Source: Desulfobacterales bacterium
GTDB taxonomy: Bacteria; Desulfobacterota; Desulfobacteria; Desulfobacterales; JAFDDL01
Direction: 5' to 3'
NCBI GenBank assembly: GCA_040235505.1
Contig: JBECKW010000136.1
Span: 8,136-72,135 of the forward strand
Length of the DNA: 64,000 nucleotides
A program made the translations under genes and the position numbers. The notes below the pieces were generated by a model. The model ran no database searches. It was given only the letters and a program-made list of their open reading frames with translations, and was not told where the DNA came from. Below, piece after piece: positions 28,107 through 38,225 of the stretch (within the stretch, counting starts at the first letter, position 1; each line of letters begins with the position of its first letter).

Positions 28107-29369
28107 ATGAGCACCAGTACTGAAACAAACATCGAAGAACGCGATACCATTTCGTTTATCCGATACCCGATCTTCAAGATGAATCATCAGTTATGGGGAT
28201 ACCGGGTGCGGTGTATCGACAAACACGGGGACGCCGGCCACCGGATACCCGGAGATGGAGACGTGTCGGAACTGGTTTCATCAAATTCCTATCTAGGTCT
28301 TGAGAAGCTTCTTTCCCAAGGCAGGAGCCTGATGGTGGATTTCAGCCAGCAAAGCATACTGAAATCGATTCCCTATGCCCTTCCTCAGTCAAATTCCGCC
28401 ATCCGGATCAAAGAGACAACACGCTTTGACGATCCCCTGATTTCGGCCCTGAAAAAACTCAAATCGGATGGATATCGTATCGCGATCAGCCGGTTTTCAG
28501 GAAAAAACGCGCTTTCCGACATTTATAAACTGGCTGATATTTTATGCATGAAAACCGCCGGAAGAAACAGGGAAGAGCTTTCCGAGATGATGGAAGCCGC
28601 CCGGCCTTTCAATGCGAAGGTGATGGGGGAAATGGTCCGGGACCGGGAACATTTTATTCGATGTTCGGAACTCGGTTTCGCTCTGTTCCAAGGCTCCTTT
28701 TTTAAAACCCCTGAAAAAATATCGGTTCGGAAAATCTCGTCAAATGAGGCCGCCCGATTCAAGCTCATGAAAATTATTGAGGGGGACACACCGGATTTTG
28801 AGAAACTTGCCGACACCATCCAAAGCGATGTCACCATCAGCCTTCGGTTGCTGACCTATCTGAATTCTGCAGCCTTCGGCCTCGTCAGCAAAATAAGCTC
28901 TATCCAACAGGCAATTACCATGCTTGGGTGGGAAAATATGAAAAAATGGCTGAGGGTGGTGATTCTTTCCGATGTTTCAAAACACACCTATGCCCAGGAT
29001 CTGGTGATGCTTTCTTCCCAAAGGGGAAAATTTCTGGAGATCGTCATAGAGGATCACGATTTTTGGGGATTTTCTCCGGACAGCATGTTCCTGCTCGGTG
29101 TTTTTTCGCTGTTGGACACGCTTTTGGGCATGCCGATGGAAAAAATAACCGCCCATCTTCCCCTTGAGGAAAAATTGAAGTCGGCGCTTCTTCGCGACAC
29201 CAACAGTGAATACACACCTTTCATAAAGCTCGCGGAATACATGGAGGATGCGGAATGGGAACAAGCCGACCGCATGATTCAGCAGCTGAGCATGAACAGG
29301 GAAAAAGTAAAAAGCGCATTTCATTCCGCCGTCGAATGGGCAAATGAACTGACCAGTCTGCATTCATGA
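28107..29369 (+). CDS. Degenerate EAL-like domain plus HDOD domain signalling protein
   Basis: The N-terminal half aligns by eye to an EAL domain, with GFALFQGSFFKTP retained but DDFG replaced by SRFS. The C-terminal half is HDOD-like (LRLLTYLNSAAFGL...ISSIQQAITMLGWENMKKWL). Confidence 0.72.
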   Translation: MSTSTETNIEERDTISFIRYPIFKMNHQLWGYRVRCIDKHGDAGHRIPGDGDVSELVSSNSYLGLEKLLSQGRSLMVDFSQQSILKSIPYALPQSNSAIRIKETTRFDDPLISALKKLKSDGYRIAISRFSGKNALSDIYKLADILCMKTAGRNREELSEMMEAARPFNAKVMGEMVRDREHFIRCSELGFALFQGSFFKTPEKISVRKISSNEAARFKLMKIIEGDTPDFEKLADTIQSDVTISLRLLTYLNSAAFGLVSKISSIQQAITMLGWENMKKWLRVVILSDVSKHTYAQDLVMLSSQRGKFLEIVIEDHDFWGFSPDSMFLLGVFSLLDTLLGMPMEKITAHLPLEEKLKSALLRDTNSEYTPFIKLAEYMEDAEWEQADRMIQQLSMNREKVKSAFHSAVEWANELTSLHS

Positions 29370-29573
29370 GCCGTCATTGGAAAATTGAGATCCTGAAAAA
29401 AATATGATACCAAGCACGGAGGTCTCAGGTGCCAGCGACTGCGTTGACGCCGCTTCACCCTCAACGTTTCAAGGCACTCCGAACCGCAGGCGAGACATCC
29501 TGCTGGCACCTGAAACCTGTCGAAGATCCCGGCGTCGGGGAAACCTATAACCTTATATTGGATTGTCATTATT

Positions 29574-30197
29574 ATGAAAAATAACGATCAAAACACAAAA
29601 AAAGCCATAACGACACAAACCGCCATCATATTGTCATTTATCATGCTCGTGGTTGGTTTTGTCGGGGGAATTGTTTACAGTGCGTTTAAAATGAAAAATC
29701 CGGTGGCGCAAACATCCTCGATGGTTGCATCCGAAAATGCCAATACCGGACAGGAGGCAACTTCCGAGCAGAAGAAAGAAGTCGAAGAACTCGAAAAAGC
29801 TACGGAACAATCGCCTGAAAACGCTGGTGCATGGATCGCTCTTGGAAATGCATGTTTTGATTACAACATGACCCAAAAAGCAATTCATGCGTATGAGACG
29901 GCTTTGAAATACAGCCCCAATAATGCCGATGTCTGGACGGATCTCGGTATCATGTACCGGAGGGACGGAAATTCCGAAAAGGCGGTTTCCGCCTTTGATC
30001 AGGCGCAAAAAGTTTCCCCGGGGCACGAAATGTCCCTTTTCAACAAGGGGATTGTCCTCATGCACGATTTAAACGACATGCCCGGTGCCCTGGCGGCATG
30101 GGAAAAGCTGCTTCAAGACCATCCGGATGCGAAGACCCCCGGCGGCATGCCGATAAAGGAGCTCGTTGAAAAGCTAAAAGCCAGCATGGACAATTGA
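29574..30197 (+). CDS. Membrane-anchored TPR repeat protein
   Basis: N-terminal TM helix (AIILSFIMLVVGFVGGIVYSAF) followed by TPR units (AWIALGNACFDYNMTQKAIHAYETALKYSPNNADVWTDLG...). Confidence 0.75.
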   Translation: MKNNDQNTKKAITTQTAIILSFIMLVVGFVGGIVYSAFKMKNPVAQTSSMVASENANTGQEATSEQKKEVEELEKATEQSPENAGAWIALGNACFDYNMTQKAIHAYETALKYSPNNADVWTDLGIMYRRDGNSEKAVSAFDQAQKVSPGHEMSLFNKGIVLMHDLNDMPGALAAWEKLLQDHPDAKTPGGMPIKELVEKLKASMDN

Positions 30198-30199
30198 GG

Positions 30200-31435
30200 C
30201 TATCCAATATTCAAGATTGCTTCAATTCTTTTGAGGATCGGCGGATGGGAGTAATTCAGCGCTACGTAGAAGGGGTGGGGTGTCAGGTTGGAAAGATTCT
30301 GAGCGGACAGTTTTTTCAATGCGGTTGACAATGCGAGCGGGTCCCGTGTCTTTTCGACAGCGAACCGGTCCGCGAGATATTCATTGCGTCGGGAATTCAG
30401 CTGCATCAAGAAGCCCAGTAGCATCTCAACAGGCGAATACAGCATACCGAAGAAAATCATCCCCGCATATACTGAAGAGTAATCCATGTAAAACGCTTCG
30501 AAAAGAGGCGGCAGTGAAATGAATATCGAAAGAAGGTAAAACAGCACCCCTGTATGCAGGATGCCGATGACGGTGCTTTGCCATATATGATGGAGTTTGT
30601 AATGCCCCATCTCATGACCCATCACGGCCACCAGTTCGGGGACGGTGGTTTTTTCAACCAGAGTGTCAAATAGCACGATGCGTTTGCTTCGGCCGAAGCC
30701 AGTGAAAAACGCATTGGATTTGCTGCTTCTGCGGGAGCCGTCCATTAGAAAGACATTTTTAAGCGGGAAGTGGATACGTTCGGCCAGAGAAAAGAGAGCG
30801 CTTTTCAGTTCACCGTGTTCCAATGGAGAAAACTTGTTGAAAAGCGGCATGATCCAGGTGGGACCGACAAATCGAATCAGGAGCGCAAACACTGAAACCG
30901 CTATCCAGCAATACCACCATGCATTCGAACCGCAATATCCGAAAAAGGCAAGCACTCCGGCCATCAACGGAATGCCGAGTATGACGGCCAGCAGGAGCCC
31001 CTTGATGAGATCCAGGATGTAGGTTTTCCATGTCGTCTTGTTGAATCCGAATTTTTCCTCGATAACGAACGTGTGGTAAATGCCGAACGGGAACCCGAGA
31101 ATTGCCTTTAAAAGAAGCAGGGTCGCAATATATAGGATGCCGGTAAAAACCGGCCCTTTCCCGAAACCTCGTGCAAGATGATCGAGCGCGTTGAAGCCGC
31201 CGAGGAACCAGAAACACAGAAGCGCTGTCAGGTTTACGGCGGATACGATCCATTCAAAATTTGTGTTTACCGTTAAATATTTCTGAGATTCAGCGTATCG
31301 TCCGGTATCGTAAACATCCTGAAAAGTGTGCGGAAGTTCAGGAGACATGTGCTTCAGGTTAAGGATATCAGCGAAGAAATGAAGGCAAGTATCCACCCCG
31401 AGCGCAACCAGGATAATGACGACGATGAAGTTCAA
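30200..31435 (-). CDS. M48-family zinc metallopeptidase (Ste24/HtpX-like)
   Basis: HEMGHYKLHH zinc motif, downstream NEYLADRF, and multiple TM helices. 411 aa, starting 12 nt after ahcY. Confidence 0.85.
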   Translation of the reverse strand: MNFIVVIILVALGVDTCLHFFADILNLKHMSPELPHTFQDVYDTGRYAESQKYLTVNTNFEWIVSAVNLTALLCFWFLGGFNALDHLARGFGKGPVFTGILYIATLLLLKAILGFPFGIYHTFVIEEKFGFNKTTWKTYILDLIKGLLLAVILGIPLMAGVLAFFGYCGSNAWWYCWIAVSVFALLIRFVGPTWIMPLFNKFSPLEHGELKSALFSLAERIHFPLKNVFLMDGSRRSSKSNAFFTGFGRSKRIVLFDTLVEKTTVPELVAVMGHEMGHYKLHHIWQSTVIGILHTGVLFYLLSIFISLPPLFEAFYMDYSSVYAGMIFFGMLYSPVEMLLGFLMQLNSRRNEYLADRFAVEKTRDPLALSTALKKLSAQNLSNLTPHPFYVALNYSHPPILKRIEAILNIG

Positions 31436-31447
31436 CAGTCTGTGATC

Positions 31448-32890
31448 CTAATAACGATAGTGCGCCGGTTTAAACGGCCCCTCCACTGGTACGCCGATAT
31501 AATCGGCCTGCTTTTGCGTCAGGCGGGTCAGCTTGACGCCCAGTTTGTCCAAGTGAAGCCTGGCCACTTCCTCATCCAGTTTTTTGCTGAGGGTAGTGAC
31601 GCCAATCGGTCGGGGATTCGCCCAAAGATCCATTTGGGCCATTGCCTGGTTTGTGAAAGAATTGGACATGACAAAGGATGGATGCCCGGTGGCACAGCCG
31701 AGATTCACCAGTCGTCCTTCGGCAAGAAGGAAAATGACATGCCCGTCGGGGAAGCAGTATTTATCCACTTGGGCCTTGATGTTCTCCTTTTGTATACCCG
31801 GGTATGCCTGGAGTTTATCGACCTCTATTTCATTGTCGAAGTGGCCGATATTGCAAACGATGGACTGGTCCTTCATATTTTCCATATGCTCAATGCGTAC
31901 GATATTGCAATTTCCGGTGGCCGAGACGAAGATGGTTGCTTCGGAGAGTGCATCTTCCAGTGTAGTGACTTCAAAGCCCTCCATGGCCGCCTGCAGGGCG
32001 CAGATCGGATCGATCTCCGTAACAAGCACCCGGGCCCCGAATCCGCGCATGGATTGGGCACAACCCTTTCCCACATCACCATATCCGCAAACGCAGACCA
32101 CTTTGCCGGCGACCATGATATCCGTTGCGCGTTTGATGCCGTCGGCAAGAGATTCCCGGCAACCATACAAATTGTCGAATTTGGATTTCGTTACGGAATC
32201 GTTGACATTGACAGCGGGAAACAGAAGTTTTTTATCCTGCATCATCTGATAGAGACGCCCAACCCCCGTTGTGGTTTCCTCCGATACGCCCACGATCTCC
32301 TTTACACGTTGATGCCAATACATGGGATCTTTTTCTAGTTGACGTTTCAATAGGGCGTTGATGATGGACAACTCCCGGTTGGTGGTCGGCTTGTCGAGGA
32401 TTTCAGGCGTTTCTTCAGCCTGGTAGCCCCGATGTATCAGAAGAGTTGCATCGCCGCCGTCGTCTACAATCAGTTGAGGACCTTTTCCGCCGGGAAAGTT
32501 GAGAGCCTGGAAAGTACATTCCCAATACTCCTCGAGAGATTCACCCTTCCAGGCAAAAACCGGAGTTCCGGTTGCCGCAATTGCCGCGGCGGCATGGTCC
32601 TGGGTGGAAAAAATATTGCACGATGCCCAGCGCACATCCGCGCCCAGCGCTTTGAGGGTTTCGATGAGAATCGCGGTTTGAATGGTCATATGAAGGGAGC
32701 CGGATATTCTGGCCCCTTGAAGCGGGTGGTTCGCCGCATATTTTTCCCTCACAGCCATCAGCCCGGGCATTTCCTGCTCTGAGATCAAAATTTCTTTTCG
32801 ACCGAAATCTGCAAGGGATTCATCGGCCACTTTATAAGATAGATGCGAATAGTCTGGAAGCTTGATTCCTGCGACGGCATGTTCTAACAT
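31448..32890 (-). CDS. ahcY: Adenosylhomocysteinase
   Basis: 480 aa. [22 protein letters not shown] (NAD-binding), HFDNEI, and C-terminus ...[10 protein letters not shown]. Confidence 0.95.
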   Translation of the reverse strand: MLEHAVAGIKLPDYSHLSYKVADESLADFGRKEILISEQEMPGLMAVREKYAANHPLQGARISGSLHMTIQTAILIETLKALGADVRWASCNIFSTQDHAAAAIAATGTPVFAWKGESLEEYWECTFQALNFPGGKGPQLIVDDGGDATLLIHRGYQAEETPEILDKPTTNRELSIINALLKRQLEKDPMYWHQRVKEIVGVSEETTTGVGRLYQMMQDKKLLFPAVNVNDSVTKSKFDNLYGCRESLADGIKRATDIMVAGKVVCVCGYGDVGKGCAQSMRGFGARVLVTEIDPICALQAAMEGFEVTTLEDALSEATIFVSATGNCNIVRIEHMENMKDQSIVCNIGHFDNEIEVDKLQAYPGIQKENIKAQVDKYCFPDGHVIFLLAEGRLVNLGCATGHPSFVMSNSFTNQAMAQMDLWANPRPIGVTTLSKKLDEEVARLHLDKLGVKLTRLTQKQADYIGVPVEGPFKPAHYRY

Positions 32891-33008
32891 TTACTTCTCC
32901 TTTACGCGGTTGTCTTTGTATATACTTGGACAAAAAAATCCCGGACAGCAGGGACGAATATTCCGTTATTAACAAATTTATCGATTATTCTTCAGAATAC
33001 ACAGAAAG

Positions 33009-34397
33009 TCAAGCAGCGTCGTCTTGATGGCTCTTGTTATCAGAGGTGGATTGTATCCACTCCAGGAACAAATCGACGCTTTCGGGGCAAAGCTGAGACC
33101 CTCTGACGTCTTCGATGATCTGCAGGGCCCTTTCCTTTGGGAGGCTATTTCGATAAGGACGGTTGCTGATAAGGGCATGATATGTGTCGGCCACGGCGGT
33201 AATCCGGGCCCAAAAGGGAATCTTGGTCCCCTTGAGGCCCTCCGGATATCCTTTCCCGTCAAAACGTTCATGATGACTCAACACGATGGGGATTGCTTTT
33301 TCGAGGCTTGGAATCGGCGCCAATATTTTCGCCCCGATCACCGGGTGGCGCTTAATCATTGCAAATTCAGCATCGGTCAGCTTTCCCGGTTTTAAAAGTA
33401 CATCGTCCCGTACGCCGATTTTCCCCATATCATGAAGCCTGGCTGCAATTTCGATGTCCTCCAGTTCATCCTGGGCGATATTCATTCGCTTTGCGAGTTC
33501 GATGGTGATTTTGCTGACTTCCTCGGAATGTCCACGAGTATACTGGTCGCGGGCTTCCAGCGCCTGGACAAGACTCGAGATACTTGCCAGCATGGCCTGT
33601 CGCTCAGTTTCGAGCCGCTCCCTTTCTTTCAGCATGAGCTGGAAATGATCGGACAGGAGTTTTTCAACCATTATAACCAACTGATCGACGTTGAAAGGCT
33701 TTACAATATAAGTGGCCGCGCCGCTTTGAAGCATCTGGCGCATGCGGTATCGATCGCTTTCAGAGCTCATACATACGAAAGGAATCGATGAGAATTCCGG
33801 ATGCTGTCTCAGGGTGCGGCAAAGGGTCAAGCCATCCATTACGGGCATGTTGAGATCACTGATAATGAGATCCGGTCTGTGCACGGAAAGTACGTCTATT
33901 GCCTGCCGGCCGTTCTGGGCCGTAAGAACGTCAAACCCCTCTTTTAAAAGTCCGGTTTGAACAATGTTCGTAATCAGTCTGGAATCGTCAACCACAAGAA
34001 CCAGGCGCTTTTTGAGCAGTCTTGTCTTTTCTAGCAGGTTTTCGACGACTTTGGGGAGCTGCTGCTGGGCATTGGTTTTGGAAACATAGGCGGAGGCACC
34101 GACTTCAAAGCCTTGCTCAATATCGGATTCCTTATCGTGGGAGCTGAGGATAACAACCGGAATATTATTAACTTTTGGACTTAATTTCAATGCCTTGCAG
34201 AATGTAAACCCATCCATTATGGGCATGTCTACATCCGTAATAATCAAATCATATGGCCTTTGATGAGCGCTTTCGAGACCGATTTGACCGTTCTCAGCCT
34301 GGTCAAGTTCCAAGGTCAGCGGTCGAAGGGTTCTGTACAGTGCATTTCTAATGGCGGTGCTGTCGTCAACGATTAGTATTCTCGGTTGATGTTTCAT
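33009..34397 (-). CDS. Response regulator with two receiver domains and an HD-GYP c-di-GMP phosphodiesterase domain
   Basis: REC1 ILIVDDS...DLIITDVDMPIMDG, REC2 LVLVVDDS...DLIISDLNMPVMDG, and HD-GYP LHDMGKIGV...HHERFDGKGYPEGL. Confidence 0.88.
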   Translation of the reverse strand: MKHQPRILIVDDSTAIRNALYRTLRPLTLELDQAENGQIGLESAHQRPYDLIITDVDMPIMDGFTFCKALKLSPKVNNIPVVILSSHDKESDIEQGFEVGASAYVSKTNAQQQLPKVVENLLEKTRLLKKRLVLVVDDSRLITNIVQTGLLKEGFDVLTAQNGRQAIDVLSVHRPDLIISDLNMPVMDGLTLCRTLRQHPEFSSIPFVCMSSESDRYRMRQMLQSGAATYIVKPFNVDQLVIMVEKLLSDHFQLMLKERERLETERQAMLASISSLVQALEARDQYTRGHSEEVSKITIELAKRMNIAQDELEDIEIAARLHDMGKIGVRDDVLLKPGKLTDAEFAMIKRHPVIGAKILAPIPSLEKAIPIVLSHHERFDGKGYPEGLKGTKIPFWARITAVADTYHALISNRPYRNSLPKERALQIIEDVRGSQLCPESVDLFLEWIQSTSDNKSHQDDAA

Positions 34398-34679
34398 GAG
34401 TATGAAAACGTTCCCTTGAACAACTGATTAAGTTCAATAATGTTCGTGAGTACCTCTTCATAGTAATCGGCAATCAGAAAATATTCTTTAAGGCAAGATG
34501 AACAATTAATTCAAGATAAAAAATAATGGGAAGGTTCAAGATGCTCGAAACATTGAATCTTTAAAGATTCCAAATCCTCTTGACGATAATATAAAAAGAG
34601 CTATTCTGGGCTCACGGACCTTCTTCTGGTATTGATCTGTCAACGTTCTGAAACCGCAGTCGGATTTGTGGAGGTAAGT

Positions 34680-35984
34680 TTGAGGATCGTCACTACCCAT
34701 AAAAATACGGATTTTGATGCATTGGCATCCGTGATTGCCGCCACGCTGATTCATCCGGATGCGTTTCCTGTCCTGCCAAAACCGATCAATGCCAATGTAA
34801 AGGAATTCCTGGCAATCCATAAGGACCTTCTCAACATCCGAACCTGGAAGGAAATCGATTACCAGAAGGCAGACACCCTGATTGTTGTGGATGCCGGAAG
34901 CTGGGACCGGTTGTCGGTACCCCCGGAAATCCGGGAAAAAGAAAAGCTCAACATTATCCTTTATGACCATCATCCCCATGAAGGGGATCTTCAGGCCAAT
35001 TGCCAATGCCGCGAACAGGTGGGTGCGAATATAACCCTAATGCTTCGCGAACTGAAAGAAAAGAACCTGAAGCTTTCGCCTATCCAATCCACCCTCTTTT
35101 TAGCCGGCATTTATGAGGATACAGGGAATCTTTCTTTCCCAAGCACGACCCCCGAAGATGCAAGAACAGCGGCTTTCCTCATGGAAAACAATGCGGACCT
35201 GAATCTGTTGAACCATATTCTGAGGCCGGCATATGGCCAGAAACAGAAAAATATTTTGTTCGAGATGCTGAAAACTGCAAAAAGAAGCCGAATGAACGGT
35301 TTTCGCATCGGTTTTTCAAAAATTCCCATCGACGGGTTTGTGGACAACCTCGCAGTGGTTGTTCATATGTACAGGGAAATCCTGAATGTGGATGCGGCAT
35401 TCGGAATATTTGAGGACACCGGCAGAAATAATTGTGTCGTCATCGGTCGAAGCGACAACGATCGTATCAATGTCGGTGCTATCATGCGAGGCATGGGGGG
35501 CGGGGGGGTACCTGGAGCCGGATCCGTTCTGGTCAAGGCAAAGTCAATGGATGCCATCGAGGAATGGATACGAGAGCTCCTGTCGGGGAATCAAACAACG
35601 ACGATTCTGGTCAGCGATCTGATGTCCTTCCCGGTCACCCGCATTTTGGAAACCGCCTCCATGGAAAAAGCGGCGAACCTGCTTCGGTCTCAAGGATGCA
35701 CCGGCGTACCGGTGGTGGACACTGAGGATCGCATTACCGGGATCATTTCCCGGCGCGACTTTCAGAGAAAAATCAAAAAGGAGACCCAGCTCAAGGCACC
35801 TGTAAAAGCCTTCATGAGCACAAACGTCATCACCATCGATTCCGCCGAAAGTCCCTCCGATGCGTCAGGCCTCATGATCAAATACGATATCGGACGGCTT
35901 CCTGTTGTGGAAAATGGAAAAATGATCGGAATCATAACGAGATCCGATGTTATGCGGTATTGGTATGACCTTGTTCCGGAATAG
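34680..35984 (+). CDS. DHH-family phosphoesterase-like domain plus tandem CBS domains
   Basis: RIVTTHKNTDFDALAS and LYDHHP (DHH motifs) with C-terminal CBS pairs. Start set at the TTG at 34680 because GGAGG lies 5 nt upstream. The ORF-track start at 34632 is also a TTG. Confidence 0.72.
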   Translation: MRIVTTHKNTDFDALASVIAATLIHPDAFPVLPKPINANVKEFLAIHKDLLNIRTWKEIDYQKADTLIVVDAGSWDRLSVPPEIREKEKLNIILYDHHPHEGDLQANCQCREQVGANITLMLRELKEKNLKLSPIQSTLFLAGIYEDTGNLSFPSTTPEDARTAAFLMENNADLNLLNHILRPAYGQKQKNILFEMLKTAKRSRMNGFRIGFSKIPIDGFVDNLAVVVHMYREILNVDAAFGIFEDTGRNNCVVIGRSDNDRINVGAIMRGMGGGGVPGAGSVLVKAKSMDAIEEWIRELLSGNQTTTILVSDLMSFPVTRILETASMEKAANLLRSQGCTGVPVVDTEDRITGIISRRDFQRKIKKETQLKAPVKAFMSTNVITIDSAESPSDASGLMIKYDIGRLPVVENGKMIGIITRSDVMRYWYDLVPE

Positions 35985-36047
35985 CGGCCACTTAAAAGCA
36001 TAGCATTTTTATCCTCTATTTTCCCTTCCTCGACATATTCCAGGGGG

Positions 36048-36076
36048 TTGACATTTTCAATTTCACTCCCATTTTT
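36048..36076 (+). promoter_or_regulatory. Sigma-32 (heat-shock)-like promoter upstream of htpG
   Basis: TTGACA, a 14-nt spacer, then CCCATTTTT, compared with the sigma-32 consensus CTTGAAA-N13-15-CCCCATNT. It lies about 105 nt upstream of the htpG ATG. Confidence 0.5.
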
Positions 36077-36179
36077 ACTGAAAAAACGCTTATTATTTTT
36101 TTTTGAAAATGTATAGTCCGAATTTTGATATCGTAAATTTCAGAAAAAGCGGGGAGCTGCCACCGAGCCAAAAGGAGGA

Positions 36180-38114
36180 ATGACGATGGAGGGGAAAAAG
36201 GAAACCCACCAGTTTAAAACCGAAGTCCAGCAAATGTTGAATCTGATAATCAATTCCCTCTATTCACACAAGGAAATATTTCTCAGGGAGTTGATTTCAA
36301 ATGGATCTGATGCCCTCGATAAACTGAGGTTCAAGGCCCAGACGAATCCGAAAATGATTGAAGACGATCCTGAACTAAAAATCCGGATCGAAACCGACAC
36401 AAAATCAAAGCGGCTGCGAATTATCGACAACGGCATCGGCATGACGCTTGATGAAGTTCAGGAAAATATCGGCACCATTGCCAAAAGCGGCACCTCAGCC
36501 TTCTTGAAAGCCCTCGAACAGACAAAATCCGACAACGCAGCTCCCCCCGAACTCATCGGACAGTTTGGTGTTGGTTTTTACAGCGCGTTCATGGTGTCCG
36601 ATCGGATCACACTGACCACTGCATCCGCAGAATCCGGACAGGCAACCCGGTGGGAATCCACCGGGGACGGAACCTATACCATTGAGGAACTGTCGTCCGC
36701 CCCACGGGGCACTACCATCGAACTTCATCTGAAATCCGGAGACGATGAACAGGATTTTACCGACGAATGGACGATTCGTCAGATTATCAAAAAACACTCG
36801 GATTTTGTTAGCTATCCAATTATTATGGAAGTGACCGCCCGGGAAACAATCCCGGAAAACGAAAGGCTTCAGGATAAAGAGGGCAAGCCCATCGGGGAAT
36901 CGACCCGGGAAGTCAGACGAGACGAAACGCTCAATTCCATGAAGGCCATCTGGGCCAGGGACAAAAAAGACGTTTCGGAAGAGGAATATAAGGATTTTTA
37001 TGCTCACCTGAGTCATGATTGGAATCCCCCGCTTTGTCATCTTCATGTCAAGCTCGAAGGGACCACCGAATACAGCGCGCTTTTATACATCCCCTCCAAA
37101 GCACCGTTTGATCTGATGACCCCCGAGCACAAACACGGCATTCATCTTTACTGTAAGCGTGTTTTTATCATGGACAACTGCAAGGCGTTGATGCCGGAAT
37201 ACCTCGGGTTCATCAAGGGGGTTGTGGATGCACCGGACCTGAACCTGAATGTCAGCCGTGAAATCCTTCAGCAGGATCGGCTTGTGACGAACATCCGGCG
37301 CAATCTTGTCAAGAAAATTTTTGAGTTGATCGGGGGGCTTGAAGCCGAAAAATACGACGAATTTTATGGGGAATTCGGACAAATTCTCAAAATCGGAATT
37401 CATACCGATTTTGAGAATAAAGATAAAATTGCGACATTTCTTCGATATGAGACCACCGAATCAGAAGGAAAACGAATATCCCTGGATACCTACGTTGAAA
37501 ACATGAAGCCGGATCAGAACGAAATTTTTTATATAACAGGCGAGAAGGTTTCCACTTTGAAAAACAGCCCTCATCTGGAACAGCTGAAGGAGAAAGGGTA
37601 CGAGGTCCTCCTGATGACGGATCCGGTGGATGAATGGGTGGTTCGAAGTCTCACCGAGTACGGCGGAAAGAAGCTCAAAAGCGCTGAAACCGGGATGCTG
37701 GAAGACGATGCCGCCAATAAATCCGAAAAAGAAAGCTTTGCCGATTTTTTCAAATTCATCAAAGATACGCTGGGCGACAAGGTCAAAGACGTCAAAGCTT
37801 CCTCAAGACTTAAAAACTCCATCGCCTGCCTCTCCGGCGAAGACTCCGGCGTGAGCGCCTATATGGAAAAAATACTCAAGGCGACCGGCCAGGAGGCTCC
37901 CGAGGTCAAGCGCGTACTCGAGCTGAATACAAGTCACCCGGTGATCCGGAAACTGAAAACGATTTTTGAAACAGACAAAAATCATCCGGAGCTTCCCGAT
38001 TACGGTGCAGTGCTTCTGGATCTGGCGACCATCAGTGAAGGCGGGAAAATAGAGGACCCCGCCTCCTTTTCCAGAATCATGGGAGAACTGATGACCCGGG
38101 CAATTCAGGCATGA
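36180..38114 (+). CDS. htpG: Molecular chaperone HtpG (Hsp90)
   Basis: FKTEVQQMLNLIINSLYSHKEIFLRELISNGSDALDK and GQFGVGFYSAFMV are Hsp90 signatures. 644 aa. RBS AAGGAGGA. Confidence 0.95.
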   Translation: MTMEGKKETHQFKTEVQQMLNLIINSLYSHKEIFLRELISNGSDALDKLRFKAQTNPKMIEDDPELKIRIETDTKSKRLRIIDNGIGMTLDEVQENIGTIAKSGTSAFLKALEQTKSDNAAPPELIGQFGVGFYSAFMVSDRITLTTASAESGQATRWESTGDGTYTIEELSSAPRGTTIELHLKSGDDEQDFTDEWTIRQIIKKHSDFVSYPIIMEVTARETIPENERLQDKEGKPIGESTREVRRDETLNSMKAIWARDKKDVSEEEYKDFYAHLSHDWNPPLCHLHVKLEGTTEYSALLYIPSKAPFDLMTPEHKHGIHLYCKRVFIMDNCKALMPEYLGFIKGVVDAPDLNLNVSREILQQDRLVTNIRRNLVKKIFELIGGLEAEKYDEFYGEFGQILKIGIHTDFENKDKIATFLRYETTESEGKRISLDTYVENMKPDQNEIFYITGEKVSTLKNSPHLEQLKEKGYEVLLMTDPVDEWVVRSLTEYGGKKLKSAETGMLEDDAANKSEKESFADFFKFIKDTLGDKVKDVKASSRLKNSIACLSGEDSGVSAYMEKILKATGQEAPEVKRVLELNTSHPVIRKLKTIFETDKNHPELPDYGAVLLDLATISEGGKIEDPASFSRIMGELMTRAIQA

Positions 38115-38225
38115 AGAAGCCAAAAGATCTTGATTTCAATATCGATACAAGATAATATTTTAAATTCAAATCATGGACGGTTATCTCTACATGCTGAATT
38201 TTAATAGCGAAAACAAAGGGAAAAT

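Noticed and set aside
29404-29550. 48-aa ORF (MIPSTEVSGASDCVDAAS...) covering the structured intergenic element
   Set aside because: It has no RBS, the product is Arg-rich and low-complexity, and the open frame is explained by the GC-rich palindromic structure. It is reported as an RNA/DNA structure instead.
32891-33008. Possible SAH riboswitch in the ahcY leader
   Set aside because: I read the minus strand of the 118-nt leader and found none of the conserved SAH-riboswitch elements. It contains only a weak hairpin with a T7 run (about 32932-32954), best explained as the terminator of the upstream HD-GYP regulator gene.
35985-36179. CIRCE (HrcA operator) upstream of htpG
   Set aside because: No TTAGCACTC-N9-GAGTGCTAA-like inverted repeat is present. 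Only the sigma-32-like promoter is supported.
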